The position numbers were made by a program, and so were the translations under genes. Below, piece after piece: positions 29,056-39,929 of a DNA stretch of 43,382 bases. Position 1 is the first letter of the stretch. Every line of letters begins with the position of its first letter. Where the stretch lies: assembly GCA_031414595.1 (NCBI GenBank), contig JANNVX010000022.1, positions 1-43,382 on the forward strand, written 5' to 3'. The DNA is from Deinococcales bacterium (lineage in GTDB: Bacteria; Deinococcota; Deinococci; Deinococcales; JAAFIG01). Under the pieces are notes generated by a model. It had not been told where the DNA came from. It searched no databases and worked only from the letters and a program-made list of their open reading frames with translations.

Positions 29056-30263
29056 ATCCAATCCTTTCTAAACCCCTGACTTTTGAACTCTTCGCCGCCC
29101 CCGGCTGTCTCGAGGAGGCGCTGCTCGAGACAGAAGTGATTGTCGCAAAACCTTGGAAACCGCATAAATTCGCACCAATTTTGACCCTCGAGAAGGGTTT
29201 TGTTCGGGTCAAGAACGCCTCGTGGGATTTTGCCTGTGAACTGGCGGCTCGAGCCACAACTCTGCATGACGTGCGACTCAATTTCCCCACGGCTCGGGTG
29301 CATGGTTGGAACGATTTGCCACGGGTGTTAGAAAAATTACCGTGGGGATTTTTACTGCCTGAGCGTGCCAACCTCGAGTTTCGTTGTGAGGCGTTTGCGG
29401 GTGTGATTCCTCACGCTGGGCGGATGACTAAAATTGTCGAAGAATTATTTGTCAGTAATGGTTTTAAGCTCTCCGCTACCGAGCCGCATTTTAGAATTCA
29501 TGTCACCTCGAGTGGCGATTATTTGCGGGTGGCGGTTAGCCTTGGCAACGATGCCCTGCATAAGCGTGGTTGGCGTGCCAGCACTGGAACACTTGCGCCG
29601 CTCCGTGAGGACATTGCCAGCGCTGCCCTGTGGCGTTTAGCCAGCTTCGAGCCGCGTGTTCTCGAGGCAATGCAAATTGCTGTGCCGTTCGCGGGGAGCG
29701 GTACACTTGGTTTAGAAGCATGGCAGTCGTTGTTTGGGTTGCCGCCGTCGGTCTGGGGGGTGGAACGTCCTTGGCAGTTATTGACCATGCCAAATGCCCA
29801 AACCCTTGAGTGGTGGCGTAATCGCATGGCTCGAGCCGCCGCCGAAGCCTTACTGCCCGAAATTGTGTTTGTTGAAAATGACCCAGCCCAATTTCTAGAA
29901 CTCGAGGGCAATGTCGGACAGGTGCAAAAATTGGTGCAAGGCAATATTTTGTGCATAGAAGCGGATGCTTTCAAAACAGATTTTTTAACTCGGGATGGGG
30001 TTGTCTTATTGCCACTTCATCCGCCGTATGGCTTGCGGATGGTTTCGGAGAATCCAGATGCCTTGTATGGCAAAATTGGTCAATCGGTGCAGAAATGGGC
30101 AGCCAAGTCCAGTCTGGTCGGGTTTTGTTTATGCCCGTCCGAAAGCACTTGGCGGGCGTTTCGGGCGGGTCTCGAGGGGATGAGAGTAGAAACTTCGCAC
30201 TTAACCCAAGGTGGTTTGGATATTCGGGTCTGCTGCTTTAGCAATTTACAGAACCCAGCCTAG
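29052..30263 (+). CDS. THUMP-domain SAM-dependent RNA methyltransferase (RlmL/UPF0020-like)
   Basis: Start placed at ATG 29052 (ATGA overlap); LHKRGWR, APLREDIA, PFAGSGT, HPPYG. Confidence 0.8.
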   Translation: MNPILSKPLTFELFAAPGCLEEALLETEVIVAKPWKPHKFAPILTLEKGFVRVKNASWDFACELAARATTLHDVRLNFPTARVHGWNDLPRVLEKLPWGFLLPERANLEFRCEAFAGVIPHAGRMTKIVEELFVSNGFKLSATEPHFRIHVTSSGDYLRVAVSLGNDALHKRGWRASTGTLAPLREDIASAALWRLASFEPRVLEAMQIAVPFAGSGTLGLEAWQSLFGLPPSVWGVERPWQLLTMPNAQTLEWWRNRMARAAAEALLPEIVFVENDPAQFLELEGNVGQVQKLVQGNILCIEADAFKTDFLTRDGVVLLPLHPPYGLRMVSENPDALYGKIGQSVQKWAAKSSLVGFCLCPSESTWRAFRAGLEGMRVETSHLTQGGLDIRVCCFSNLQNPA

Positions 30264-30379
30264 AATAAGGCAGCCTAAAACATTCCGAACTATTGAGACC
30301 TCAAACTACATTTTTACACGGGGCATCACACCCACGCTGTCGGGGCATCACACCCACACCAAAAACGTAAAATCGCTTT

Positions 30380-31432
30380 GTGAAACGCTGGTGGAAACTG
30401 ATTGTCTTTGGAATTTTCTTTGCGATAGCTGCGGGTTTGGCTTGGGGCTTTGTACAGATTTTGTCGTTGCAACCGCCAGTCCAAGAACCGAATATCAACA
30501 CCCGCCGTGCGGCTAGAACATACCGTGACAGTACGGTTTTTGCGCCAATGACTTCATATAAGCTCCAAAATGGTGTTTTTAGCGCCTCTGGTGCGTCTCG
30601 AGTGCTAATTATGCTGCCAGACCTTGGGACAGGCGCGTGGAGTTTTGCGCCGTGGATGCAAGAACTGCGTGGTTTTGAGCGTCATGCGGTGGCGTACCGC
30701 AATATGCTTGGGGGACAGCCAGCCAGCAATGCCAATCTTGCCGATTATGAAGCCGATGCTCGTGAAGCAATAGAAAAAATGCGGCGTGGGCGTAAAATTG
30801 TGCTGCTCGGTCAAGGTATTGGGGCGTTATTTGCGCTAAAAATTGCAGCAGAACATCCAGCGTGGCTCGAGGGGCTGATTCTGGTTGCGCCGTATACCCC
30901 GCGTCCGTGGTCTGGAGTGCAGTTGGGCGTGGCGCAATTTGTTGGACAGCAGATTTACAACGGTGTCTACTCGAGTCCAGCCGCCAGCACAGATTTTTGG
31001 CGTAAGAATTTTGGCAATGGTTTTGTACAACTGGGTTTACGAGACAAATTCCTCGAGCAGTACGCCTTAAAACGCCAACCCTTTGAATTTAGAGAGGCGT
31101 TAATGCAGTCGCTTTTTGATCCGTTTCCGGAATTGCAAACTTGGTACAACAAGCTCGAGCAAGCCAATTTCCCTGTGCTGCACATTATTGCCCGCTTTGA
31201 TACCAGCAATGCAATCGGTGGGCAGAGAATGTTGCGGGAGGATTTAGCTAAGCAACTTGGCTCGAGATACAGTGTGGCGATTGTCAATTCTGGCAAGTAT
31301 GTTTCTTTGGATTGGCGTTGGCGAGAATCGGCTCAAGTCATCACTGAGTTTCTCAAAGATTTGAAACTAAAACAAAATTTTATCGAAAACGAGGTTTTCC
31401 TTGACCCATTAACCGATAAGGCAGATAAGTGA
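30380..31432 (+). CDS. Membrane-anchored alpha/beta hydrolase-fold protein lacking the nucleophile Ser
   Basis: N-terminal transmembrane segment; IVLLGQGIGALFALKIA where GxSxG is expected; LEGLILVAP. Confidence 0.7.
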   Translation: MKRWWKLIVFGIFFAIAAGLAWGFVQILSLQPPVQEPNINTRRAARTYRDSTVFAPMTSYKLQNGVFSASGASRVLIMLPDLGTGAWSFAPWMQELRGFERHAVAYRNMLGGQPASNANLADYEADAREAIEKMRRGRKIVLLGQGIGALFALKIAAEHPAWLEGLILVAPYTPRPWSGVQLGVAQFVGQQIYNGVYSSPAASTDFWRKNFGNGFVQLGLRDKFLEQYALKRQPFEFREALMQSLFDPFPELQTWYNKLEQANFPVLHIIARFDTSNAIGGQRMLREDLAKQLGSRYSVAIVNSGKYVSLDWRWRESAQVITEFLKDLKLKQNFIENEVFLDPLTDKADK

Positions 31433-32412
31433 TTGAAATTCGCGGGCGGCGAGTGACCTTTATTGCTCCAGCAGGGGCAACCCATTTAATCGGGGATTTT
31501 AGCGATGATAAAGACCGCCCAATCCCACTGGGGGCTGGTCAAAGCCTCACCCTCGAGTTTCCAGTATCAGCGTTTATCGAATACTGTTTTTTAGATGCCA
31601 ATGGTAATCGGCTGACCGACCCCGATAACCCCGACAACGCCGAGAATCCGTGGTGGCGAGAGTACCGTGCTGTACAACTCGAGGGGTACGCCGCTCATCC
31701 GCTGCGTGAAGCCTTGCCAGATGCACCACAAGGCACAAGCCAGTCTTTAAGTTGGGAAAGCCAAATCCTGAGTGGTAAACGCCGAGCTTATTTGCATTTG
31801 CCACCACACTTTAACCCAAGTCTCGAGTACCCAGTATTTATTGTCCAAGACGGTGTAGCCTTTCGGCGCACAGGTAAACTTGGGGTAACGCATGATAACT
31901 TATTGCACCTAGGTAAAATTCGCCCGTGTATCTTTTGTTTTTTAGAACCACAAGACCGCACACAAGAGTATTACTTTAATTCTGAGTACCTAGAATTTTT
32001 ACTTCAAGATGTTTTGCCTCGTCTCAAGCAACTCTATAAAATAAGTCAGTACGGACTCTGGGGTGCAAGCCTAGGTGGTCTCGCCAGCTTATATGCGGCG
32101 ATGCAAGCCCCAAAGACTTTTCCAATGGTGGTGACGCAAAGCGGCGCATTCCAAGGCAACCCAAGCACCCCATATGCTCGAGGCGGTGAGGATTGGCTGA
32201 CCAAGCAACTCGAGCAGCGAGAAACCCTACCCTTAAGAATCAGTGCTGACTGCGGCACACTCGAATGGCTAATCGGCACAAATCGTCACTTTGCTGCCAT
32301 GCTTCACAACAAGGGCTATGTACATCAGTACCTCGAGCGACCCAGTGGTCATAATTGGGTCACATGGCGAAACGGACTGGCATCACATCTCGAGTGGCAT
32401 TTGGGGGCATAG
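31429..32412 (+). CDS. Fes-like esterase with N-terminal domain
   Basis: YLHLPP, VQDG, GASLGG, DCGTLE, SGHNW. Confidence 0.85.
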   Translation: MIEIRGRRVTFIAPAGATHLIGDFSDDKDRPIPLGAGQSLTLEFPVSAFIEYCFLDANGNRLTDPDNPDNAENPWWREYRAVQLEGYAAHPLREALPDAPQGTSQSLSWESQILSGKRRAYLHLPPHFNPSLEYPVFIVQDGVAFRRTGKLGVTHDNLLHLGKIRPCIFCFLEPQDRTQEYYFNSEYLEFLLQDVLPRLKQLYKISQYGLWGASLGGLASLYAAMQAPKTFPMVVTQSGAFQGNPSTPYARGGEDWLTKQLEQRETLPLRISADCGTLEWLIGTNRHFAAMLHNKGYVHQYLERPSGHNWVTWRNGLASHLEWHLGA

Positions 32413-32517
32413 GGTAAAAAGGTGAAAAGTAGAAAAGGTAAAAAGGTTAAAGACAAAACATTTCTCAATACTTTAACCCTTTAACCTTTTTACCTTTTAA
32501 CCCTGCCCTTTACCCCT
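32412..32517. repeat. Inverted pair of short tandem arrays (ggtaaaaa-like, then tttaaccc-like)
   Basis: Same 8-mer families as 4922-4980; the two arms are mutually complementary. Confidence 0.85.
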
Positions 32518-32573
32518 ACATCTTGCGTTTAGAATTTCACTGACCTCGAGTACCAGTATGATAGAGTGTTTTT

Positions 32574-35500
32574 ATGGCTAGTCCTGAAGTTTCTCCTCGT
32601 CCTACGGTTAAACCGAAATCATCTCGGAAACGCAAGAAAACTGCGTCGGTCAGTTCTCCTGCTCGAGTGGCGGATGTTGAAGCGATTGGTTTAATTTTAT
32701 TTGGTGTGGGAATTATGGCGTTGTTCACAGTGCTTGCTCCGCCAAGTATCGCAGCTTTTGCGGCTTGGCAAAAGGCTTTACGGACATCCTTGGGTTGGGG
32801 AATGTATTATTTACCGCTTCCTTTTTTTGTCTTTGGGGCATTGCTACTCTTAAAGAAAAAAGTCGGTTTTGCGGCTCGAGTGCTGCTTGGTGTTTTGGTG
32901 ATGACAGTGGCGGGCTTGTTGGGAACAGCTTTTTTTGATGCAAAATTAGCAGGGAGTTTTGCTGTGGCGGTTATGACTCCAATGAAAGTGGTGATGCCAT
33001 TGCCGTTGGTGCTGATTGCTTTTTTGGGTAGTCTGGGCTTAGAAATCTCGCTTGGTTGGCAACGCACCCGAATTGCTCGAGCCGCCGCCCGAATTACCAG
33101 TTTAGGTATGCTTTCGGCTGCCAGTGCCACGGGTGCAGCCGCCAAAAGAGCCAAGGATGCCACCAATCGGCTGAGTCTGCAAATTGCAGCGCGGCGTGGG
33201 TTCGACAGCGCCAGCCGCGACATCACCGAATTACAGGATTTATACACGGGTTCAAGCGATTTATCGTCTTGGAAACGCGAAATTGAGCGCAGCAGCGATG
33301 CAATTAACGATGCTGACGAAGCGCGTTTAACCAGTTTACGTGACGAAGCCGGTTCGGTTCGTTCCAGAGTTTCGGCTTTTACCCAAGCTCGAGGTAAAGA
33401 CATCACTCAGAATTTGGCACTCGAGGATGTTGGCGCATTACTGTTAATAGATGAAGCCCGTAAGCAATTATTAAACCCTGTGTTAAGTAAAAACGCTGCC
33501 GCGATTGCGCTCGAGGATGTGCGTCGGGCGTTGCAACTCGAGACCAAAGCTGTCGAGGAAACCGAACGTAAATTGGTGCGTGAACGTGACAACGCCAGTC
33601 GCGCCTTAAGTGCCTCGCTTCGTCCAATGGATTTACGGCTTGAACTTGAACGACATGAAGAGCGTTTGGAGCGCAGTAAACAGTTGCGGGTCAAATGTGA
33701 GCATCTGTTGACACGGGTTGCGCCGTTAGCTGGATGGCATGAGTTTATCGCTCGGCTCGAGAACCGCCAAGAAGCCGATGTGCTTGGGTTTATCAAGAAT
33801 CTCGAGTCTAGTTTGCAAAATGGTTTAGCCGATGTGCTGCCAGAGTTACCGCACTGGACAAGTGACTTGGATACCTTAGAGCGCAATTTGGCTGTACAAG
33901 CAATTGCATTGGAGCAAGCCCAAGCTGTGGCGGTTGAACAAACCCAAATGGTCTGGGATGAACTCGATAAAAAAAGCCAAGCTGAGGTGGTCTACAACGC
34001 CACGTTTGAACTCGAGTATCCAAATGGGCAGTTTGTGTCTGGTGAGGATGCTCACCGAGTCATTCGTGGTTTAGAGACGGTTGACATTGGACTCGAGGAC
34101 GAAGACGATGCTGCCCCGTGGCAAGAATCCACATGGGTATCGCCTGCCGAACGTGCTGCCCAGAAAATGGAAGAAGCACGAATTAAAAAAGCCAGTGCCT
34201 TACAACAAAACACTGACCGAAATTTTCAGGATAATAACGGTTTCGCGCCCGGAATCGCTGATAGTGGCGTGGGTGAACGTCTGCGTTTTGACCCAAGTAA
34301 AGCCGTTGGCGCAATTCCAATTCAAGTTCCTGGTACGGCTTTTCTCGACCCAATGCAGGTTTCGGGGATTGACATGGTGGCTTTTGACCGTGCGGCAAGG
34401 GAACGCGGTGCGATTCTCGATGAGTGCTTCAAGAACTTTGGGGTCAATGCCAAAGTTTTGACCTTCGCCAGAGGTCCAACCGTCACGCGCTTTGAAGTTG
34501 AACCTGCGCCCGGCGAAAAAATTGCTCGAATTGCCAGTTTACAAAACGATATTGCTCGAGTCTTATCTGTGGGTGGGATTCGTTTAGAAGCCCCTGTTCC
34601 TGGCAAAAGCGTGGTTGGTATCGAAGTGCCAAATATCGAGCGCGAACCAATTACCTTTAGGCAAGGTATCGAAAGTAAAAGTTTTCAGAGTGGTAAACAA
34701 AAACTGCCGCTTATGCTCGGTAAAAGTATAGACGGTGAAATGGTGGTGGATGACCTTGTGCGAATGCCGCACTTATTGATTGCGGGCAGCACAGGCTCTG
34801 GTAAATCGGTCTGTGTCAACACCCTGATTATGAGCTTGCTGTTTCGGTATTTACCGACCCAAATGCGTTTTGTGATGATAGACCCAAAAATGGTTGAACT
34901 TACGCCTTACGACGGCATTCCGCACTTGGTACGCCCTGTGGTTACTAATCCATCTGATGCCGCAGGGGTGTTGCTTGGGTGTGTGGCGCACATGGAACGA
35001 CGTTACAAAATGATGTCTGAGGTGCAAGCCAAGAATTTAGAACAGTACAACGAAAAAGCCCGAGCCGTCGGCGACCCTGAATTGCCATTTCTAGTGATTA
35101 TCATTGACGAACTTGCTGACTTGATGATTACTTCGCCCAAAGAAGTCGAAAGCAGCATTATGCGTTTAGCGCAAATGGCTCGAGCCACGGGGATGCACCT
35201 AGTATTAGCCACCCAACGCCCAAGTGCCGATGTGCTGACCGGCTTAATTAAAGTCAATGTGCCAGCCCGAATTGCCTTTGCGGTGTCTTCGGGTATTGAC
35301 AGTCGCACGATTTTGGACAGCACCGGCGCAGAACGTTTAACGGGTAACGGCGACATGCTTTTTTACCGCCCCGGACTAAGCAAAGCCACTCGTCTTCAAG
35401 GACCGTATATTTCCGAAGCAGAACTTGCCCGAATTACCGAATTCTTGCGTAAACAACACTATGAAGACGATTTTGGCGAGACGTATGGCTCGGACTTTGA

Positions 35501-35777
35501 TGGTGTGGTTGAAGCTGCCAGTTCTGGCAAAGTTGACTCGAGCATGATTGACTTTGGCGACCCTTTAATCAAAAAAGCTGCCGAAGTGGTGGTCGAAGAA
35601 GGCTACGCGGCTGTCTCGAGATTGCAACGCCGTTTAAGTGTTGGTCATGCTCGAGGTGGTAAATTGATTGATGCGCTTGAATCTATGGGTATTGTTGGTG
35701 GCTATAAAGGAAGTAAATCCAGAGAAGTCTTAATCACCGCCGATCAGTTACCCGAGTATTTTGGTAAGCCGAATTAA
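32574..35777 (+). CDS. ftsK: DNA translocase FtsK
   Basis: N-terminal transmembrane segments, coiled-coil linker, [38 protein letters not shown], gamma domain ([17 protein letters not shown]). Confidence 0.96.
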   Translation: MASPEVSPRPTVKPKSSRKRKKTASVSSPARVADVEAIGLILFGVGIMALFTVLAPPSIAAFAAWQKALRTSLGWGMYYLPLPFFVFGALLLLKKKVGFAARVLLGVLVMTVAGLLGTAFFDAKLAGSFAVAVMTPMKVVMPLPLVLIAFLGSLGLEISLGWQRTRIARAAARITSLGMLSAASATGAAAKRAKDATNRLSLQIAARRGFDSASRDITELQDLYTGSSDLSSWKREIERSSDAINDADEARLTSLRDEAGSVRSRVSAFTQARGKDITQNLALEDVGALLLIDEARKQLLNPVLSKNAAAIALEDVRRALQLETKAVEETERKLVRERDNASRALSASLRPMDLRLELERHEERLERSKQLRVKCEHLLTRVAPLAGWHEFIARLENRQEADVLGFIKNLESSLQNGLADVLPELPHWTSDLDTLERNLAVQAIALEQAQAVAVEQTQMVWDELDKKSQAEVVYNATFELEYPNGQFVSGEDAHRVIRGLETVDIGLEDEDDAAPWQESTWVSPAERAAQKMEEARIKKASALQQNTDRNFQDNNGFAPGIADSGVGERLRFDPSKAVGAIPIQVPGTAFLDPMQVSGIDMVAFDRAARERGAILDECFKNFGVNAKVLTFARGPTVTRFEVEPAPGEKIARIASLQNDIARVLSVGGIRLEAPVPGKSVVGIEVPNIEREPITFRQGIESKSFQSGKQKLPLMLGKSIDGEMVVDDLVRMPHLLIAGSTGSGKSVCVNTLIMSLLFRYLPTQMRFVMIDPKMVELTPYDGIPHLVRPVVTNPSDAAGVLLGCVAHMERRYKMMSEVQAKNLEQYNEKARAVGDPELPFLVIIIDELADLMITSPKEVESSIMRLAQMARATGMHLVLATQRPSADVLTGLIKVNVPARIAFAVSSGIDSRTILDSTGAERLTGNGDMLFYRPGLSKATRLQGPYISEAELARITEFLRKQHYEDDFGETYGSDFDGVVEAASSGKVDSSMIDFGDPLIKKAAEVVVEEGYAAVSRLQRRLSVGHARGGKLIDALESMGIVGGYKGSKSREVLITADQLPEYFGKPN

Positions 35778-35865
35778 AGTTAAAATCGCAAGGCTAACCT
35801 ACAGGAAAATCATAGTGAAAGAGATAGCCAGAATTTATGTAGACTACCAATTAAATGAATTAGGG

Positions 35866-36342
35866 ATGTATTTTTTTGGATTCTTAATTTATTTTATCTA
35901 TTGTTCCATTTCTGCTTCAGTCTACTTAATATCACTGTCTTTTGCAGCCAGCTTTTTGGGTTTAAGAACTCGACAATTACACATTGGCAGAATAGCCTTG
36001 ATAAAAGTCCGAGAGAAGTGGGTACTTTCACTGAAAAATCAGCCGTTTCGTATTGCTGGTAGTGTTCGATTTGAAAAAAGTGAATTGGGTTTGAGCCTTT
36101 GGAAAAAGTTATTTTTTGGTTTTATTGGCGTATCCTCTTCCATTATTTTAATTACCCTTTTGATTTTACGACCATTTTTGTTGCCAATAGTTAATTCAAA
36201 TCACAATTTTATTACTATGCTGAGATTTCTGAATATGTTTCTTCCAATAATGGAAATTGTTTTTTTGACTTACAATTTAATGCCGAAAAAGTTTGGATTC
36301 AATTATTTCACATTGGGCTATATCGTTTTCCATAAAAGTTAG
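35866..36342 (+). CDS. AT-rich membrane protein resembling a degenerate site-2 protease (M50) without HExxH
   Basis: Start placed at ATG 35866; hydrophobic helices; LHIG...AGSVRF...WKKLFFGFIG...YNLMP. Confidence 0.45.
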   Translation: MYFFGFLIYFIYCSISASVYLISLSFAASFLGLRTRQLHIGRIALIKVREKWVLSLKNQPFRIAGSVRFEKSELGLSLWKKLFFGFIGVSSSIILITLLILRPFLLPIVNSNHNFITMLRFLNMFLPIMEIVFLTYNLMPKKFGFNYFTLGYIVFHKS

Positions 36343-36407
36343 ACTATTTGACAAGAAAGTTACACGAGTTCTTGATGGGGTTTTTGCAAATCTATTTTGG
36401 TATTCAG

Positions 36408-36920
36408 ATGTCTAAATTACAGTTGTCAATTATCATTATGGGAGTCTCGGGTTGCGGTAAAACCACGCTTGGGCAAAAATTAGCTGCTCGGCTCGAGTAT
36501 CCGTTTTTTGATGCCGATGATTTTCACGACACCACAAACAAAGAAAAAATGGCGGCTGGTATTCCTTTAACCGACGCTGACCGAGCCACTTGGCTGGAGA
36601 CGCTGGCAAATCTTCTGGAGACATATTCTCCGTGTGTGCTGGCATGTTCGGCATTAAAAGAACAGTACCGTTTACAGTTGGCTAGAAACTCAAAACTGCA
36701 TTGGGTCTATTTGCGTGGTAGCAAGGAGTTAATTGCGGCACGGCTGCAAACTCGAGAACACTTTTTTAATCCCAAGCTGCTGGCTTCGCAGTTTGAAATT
36801 CTTGAAGAACCTCAAAATGCGATTGTGGTTTCGATTGAACATTCCCTCGAGACAATCGTCGAAATGGTGCTTGGTGTATTGTCCAATTCGGTTTTACAAT
36901 CAGGTTTACCCGTAGAATAA
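36408..36920 (+). CDS. gntK: Gluconokinase
   Basis: MGVSGCGKTT, DADDFH, PLTDADR, ACSALK, SQFEILEEP. Confidence 0.93.
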   Translation: MSKLQLSIIIMGVSGCGKTTLGQKLAARLEYPFFDADDFHDTTNKEKMAAGIPLTDADRATWLETLANLLETYSPCVLACSALKEQYRLQLARNSKLHWVYLRGSKELIAARLQTREHFFNPKLLASQFEILEEPQNAIVVSIEHSLETIVEMVLGVLSNSVLQSGLPVE

Positions 36921-36939
36921 ACCATGAAAAGGAAAAATC

Positions 36940-38397
36940 ATGACCACACCAACGGCTGACATCGGCATTATCGGACTCGCTGTAATGGGCGAGAATTTGG
37001 TTCTGAACATGGCAAGCAAAGGTTTTACGGTTGCGGCATTTAATCGCACCATAGAAAAAGTAACGGCGTTTAAGGCAGCCCGAGGCTCGAGTGACAAAAT
37101 TCTTGGAGCGGGTAGTTTAGCCGAGTTTGTTGGGTCGTTAAAACATCCGCGTCGGGTGATGCTGATGGTCAAGGCGGGCGCAGCCGTGGATGCAACCATC
37201 GCCCAACTCGTACCGATGCTCAAAGCTGGGGATATTATTGTAGACGGTGGCAATAGTCATTTTGATGACACCAACCGACGGGTCAAGGAACTCGAGACGC
37301 ATGGGATTTTATTTGTCGGTTCGGGGGTGTCTGGCGGTGAAGAAGGCGCACTAAAAGGACCCAGTATCATGCCGGGCGGGTCAGTTGCAGCTTGGGAGCA
37401 TATCAAACCAATTTTTCAGGGCATTGCGGCTCGAGCCACAGACAACGCGCCATGTTGTGAATGGCTGGGCAAGGCTGGGGCTGGGCATTTTGTAAAAATG
37501 GTACATAACGGCATCGAGTACGGCGATATGCAAATGATTGCTGAAGCCTACAGTTTACTGCGATACGCTGGTCTGGGGAATTCGGAAATTGCTGATGTTT
37601 TTTCGCAGTGGAACAAAGGCGAATTGGAAAGTTACTTGGTCGAAATTACCGCCGATATTCTGCGTAAAAAAGATGATGCCACTGGGCTTGACCTTGTGGA
37701 CGTAATTTTAGACACGGCTGGGCAAAAAGGCACTGGTAAATGGACTTCTACAGTTGCACTTGATGTCGGCAGCCCCGCCAATACGATTGCCGAAGCGGTT
37801 TTTGCACGCTGCTTATCTGCCTTAAAAGAAGAACGGGTTCATGCCTCGAGTATTCTCAAAGCTCCACCAAGCGCCCCGATTACCGACCAAGCCGCCTTTA
37901 TCGAAGATGTACGCCAAGCGCTGTTTGCCAGTAAAATCTGTTCTTATGCCCAAGGTTTCCAGTTAATGAAAATGGTGGCAGCCGAACAACAATGGAATCT
38001 CGAGTATGGCACAATTGCGGCTGTTTGGCGCGGCGGTTGTATTATTCGGGCTGGATTCTTAGAGAACATCAGGCAGGCTTACGGCACAGACTCGAGCCTA
38101 GCCAATTTATTACTGGATTCGTACTTTGCACAGGTTATAGAAAATCATCAAGCCGCATGGCGGCGAGTCATTTGCAGTGCCACGATGAACGGCATCTGGA
38201 TACCTGCCTTCTCGAGTGCCTTGGCGTACTTTGACGGCTACCGCACTGCCCGTCTAAGCACCAATATCCTCCAAGCCCAACGGGATTACTTTGGGGCGCA
38301 TACTTATGAGCGCACCGATAAGGCTCGAGGTGAGTTTTTTCATACCAATTGGACAGGTGAGGGCGGGACAACCAGTGCCAGCACCTACAGCGTTTAG
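36940..38397 (+). CDS. gnd: 6-phosphogluconate dehydrogenase (decarboxylating, NADP+)
   Basis: GLAVMGENL, VSGGEEGA, KMVHNGIEYGDMQ, QAQRDYFGAHTY. Confidence 0.97.
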   Translation: MTTPTADIGIIGLAVMGENLVLNMASKGFTVAAFNRTIEKVTAFKAARGSSDKILGAGSLAEFVGSLKHPRRVMLMVKAGAAVDATIAQLVPMLKAGDIIVDGGNSHFDDTNRRVKELETHGILFVGSGVSGGEEGALKGPSIMPGGSVAAWEHIKPIFQGIAARATDNAPCCEWLGKAGAGHFVKMVHNGIEYGDMQMIAEAYSLLRYAGLGNSEIADVFSQWNKGELESYLVEITADILRKKDDATGLDLVDVILDTAGQKGTGKWTSTVALDVGSPANTIAEAVFARCLSALKEERVHASSILKAPPSAPITDQAAFIEDVRQALFASKICSYAQGFQLMKMVAAEQQWNLEYGTIAAVWRGGCIIRAGFLENIRQAYGTDSSLANLLLDSYFAQVIENHQAAWRRVICSATMNGIWIPAFSSALAYFDGYRTARLSTNILQAQRDYFGAHTYERTDKARGEFFHTNWTGEGGTTSASTYSV

Positions 38398-38456
38398 AAA
38401 AAACGTCAACTCTTACGGACTCCCTCGAAAGAGCGGGGTCAAAGGTCAAGGAAAAT

Positions 38457-39929
38457 ATGCCTAATTCCCTCGAGCCAACTGCCATAATTATTTTTGGTGC
38501 TTCTGGCGATTTAACCAAACGCAAACTTTTACCAGCACTGTATCAATTGGTCTTGGATGGTCATGCCCCAGAGCGCTTTAGCATCATTGGTGTGGCTCGG
38601 ACAGTCATGTCTCGAGACGAGTATCAAGCGATTGCTAAAGAAGCCCTTGAACGCGCCTACAAGCAACCACTCGAGGAAGAGGCATGGCAGCGTTTTGCAG
38701 CCATGCTCGATTACAAACCACTTGATTTTAATAATGTGCAGGATTTTATTGCCCTGCGGCTTGAACTCGAGCAAGCTGGGTTCTTAAATTGGTTGTTTTA
38801 TTGTTCTGTGCCGCCAAGTGTCTTTCCGACCATTACCCAACAACTTGGTGAGTCTGGTTTGAGTTCTGAAACCTTGGGCTATACCCGTATTATTGTCGAA
38901 AAACCCTTTGGGACAAACCTCGAGACTGCTAAAATCTTAAATCTCGAGTTACACAAGGTCTTTACCGAAAGCCAAATTTACCGCATAGACCATTTTCTGG
39001 GCAAAGAAACAGTCCAGAACATTCTAGCATTGCGTTTTGCCAACACGATTTTTGAACCGCTTTGGAATCGTAATTATGTAGATCATATTCAGATTACGGT
39101 TGCCGAGGACTTGGGCATGGAAGGACGCGGCGGATTTTACGAAGAAGCTGGAATTCTGCGTGACATGGTGCAGAATCACATGATGCAACTGCTTTGTTTT
39201 ATTGCCCTCGAGCCTCCCGTTGGTCCTTGGCAGGGCAGCATTCATCCATTAGAAGCTGGGGCGCTGCGCGACGAAAAAGCCAAAGTGATTCGGGCTTTGC
39301 GTCCGATTACTGCCGAATTTCTCGAGCATTCGATTGTGCTGGGGCAGTACAGCGCTGGACAAATTGGTTCAGAACCGGCGGTAAGCTATCTTGAAGAAGC
39401 CAAAGTTAGCCCAGACTCGAAAACCGCCACCTATGCAGCCTTAAAAGTCGAAATAGACAATTGGCGTTGGGCGGGTGTGCCTTTTTACCTGCGGAGTGGT
39501 AAGCGTTTGCCAGTCAAAAACACCGAAATTGCGATTGTCTTTAAGCGTCCGCCACTTGATTTATTCCCACAACCCAGCCAGCCGAACATGCTCAGGATTA
39601 ACATTCAACCACACGATGGGGTGAACCTGAGTTTTGATGCCAAAATGCCGGGTTTAACCGCCGATTTACGCCCCGTCAACATGGATTTTAATTACTCAGA
39701 TTTTGGCGCAAGTGGACCCAGTGCTTATGAGCGCCTGATACTCGACGCGATGCACGGCGATGCTTCTCTGTTCCCTCGCGGCGATGAAGTCGAAGCGTCT
39801 TGGGCATGGATTGCGCCTCTGCTCGAGTGCCAAGTGCCTTTGCATTCATATGCGGCGGGGACTTGGGGTCCTGAGCAAGCTGATGGGTTACTGGCTGCCA
39901 ATCAAACTTGGCATAAACTAAAATCATGA
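38457..39929 (+). CDS. zwf: Glucose-6-phosphate dehydrogenase
   Basis: FGASGDLTKRKLLP, VEKPFG, YRIDHFLGKE, RDMVQNH. Confidence 0.97.
   Translation: MPNSLEPTAIIIFGASGDLTKRKLLPALYQLVLDGHAPERFSIIGVARTVMSRDEYQAIAKEALERAYKQPLEEEAWQRFAAMLDYKPLDFNNVQDFIALRLELEQAGFLNWLFYCSVPPSVFPTITQQLGESGLSSETLGYTRIIVEKPFGTNLETAKILNLELHKVFTESQIYRIDHFLGKETVQNILALRFANTIFEPLWNRNYVDHIQITVAEDLGMEGRGGFYEEAGILRDMVQNHMMQLLCFIALEPPVGPWQGSIHPLEAGALRDEKAKVIRALRPITAEFLEHSIVLGQYSAGQIGSEPAVSYLEEAKVSPDSKTATYAALKVEIDNWRWAGVPFYLRSGKRLPVKNTEIAIVFKRPPLDLFPQPSQPNMLRINIQPHDGVNLSFDAKMPGLTADLRPVNMDFNYSDFGASGPSAYERLILDAMHGDASLFPRGDEVEASWAWIAPLLECQVPLHSYAAGTWGPEQADGLLAANQTWHKLKS

Noticed and set aside
38418-38440. GAAA-tetraloop hairpin between gnd and zwf as an ncRNA
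   Set aside because: Short, imperfect and single-copy; most likely an ordinary intra-operon mRNA stem-loop.
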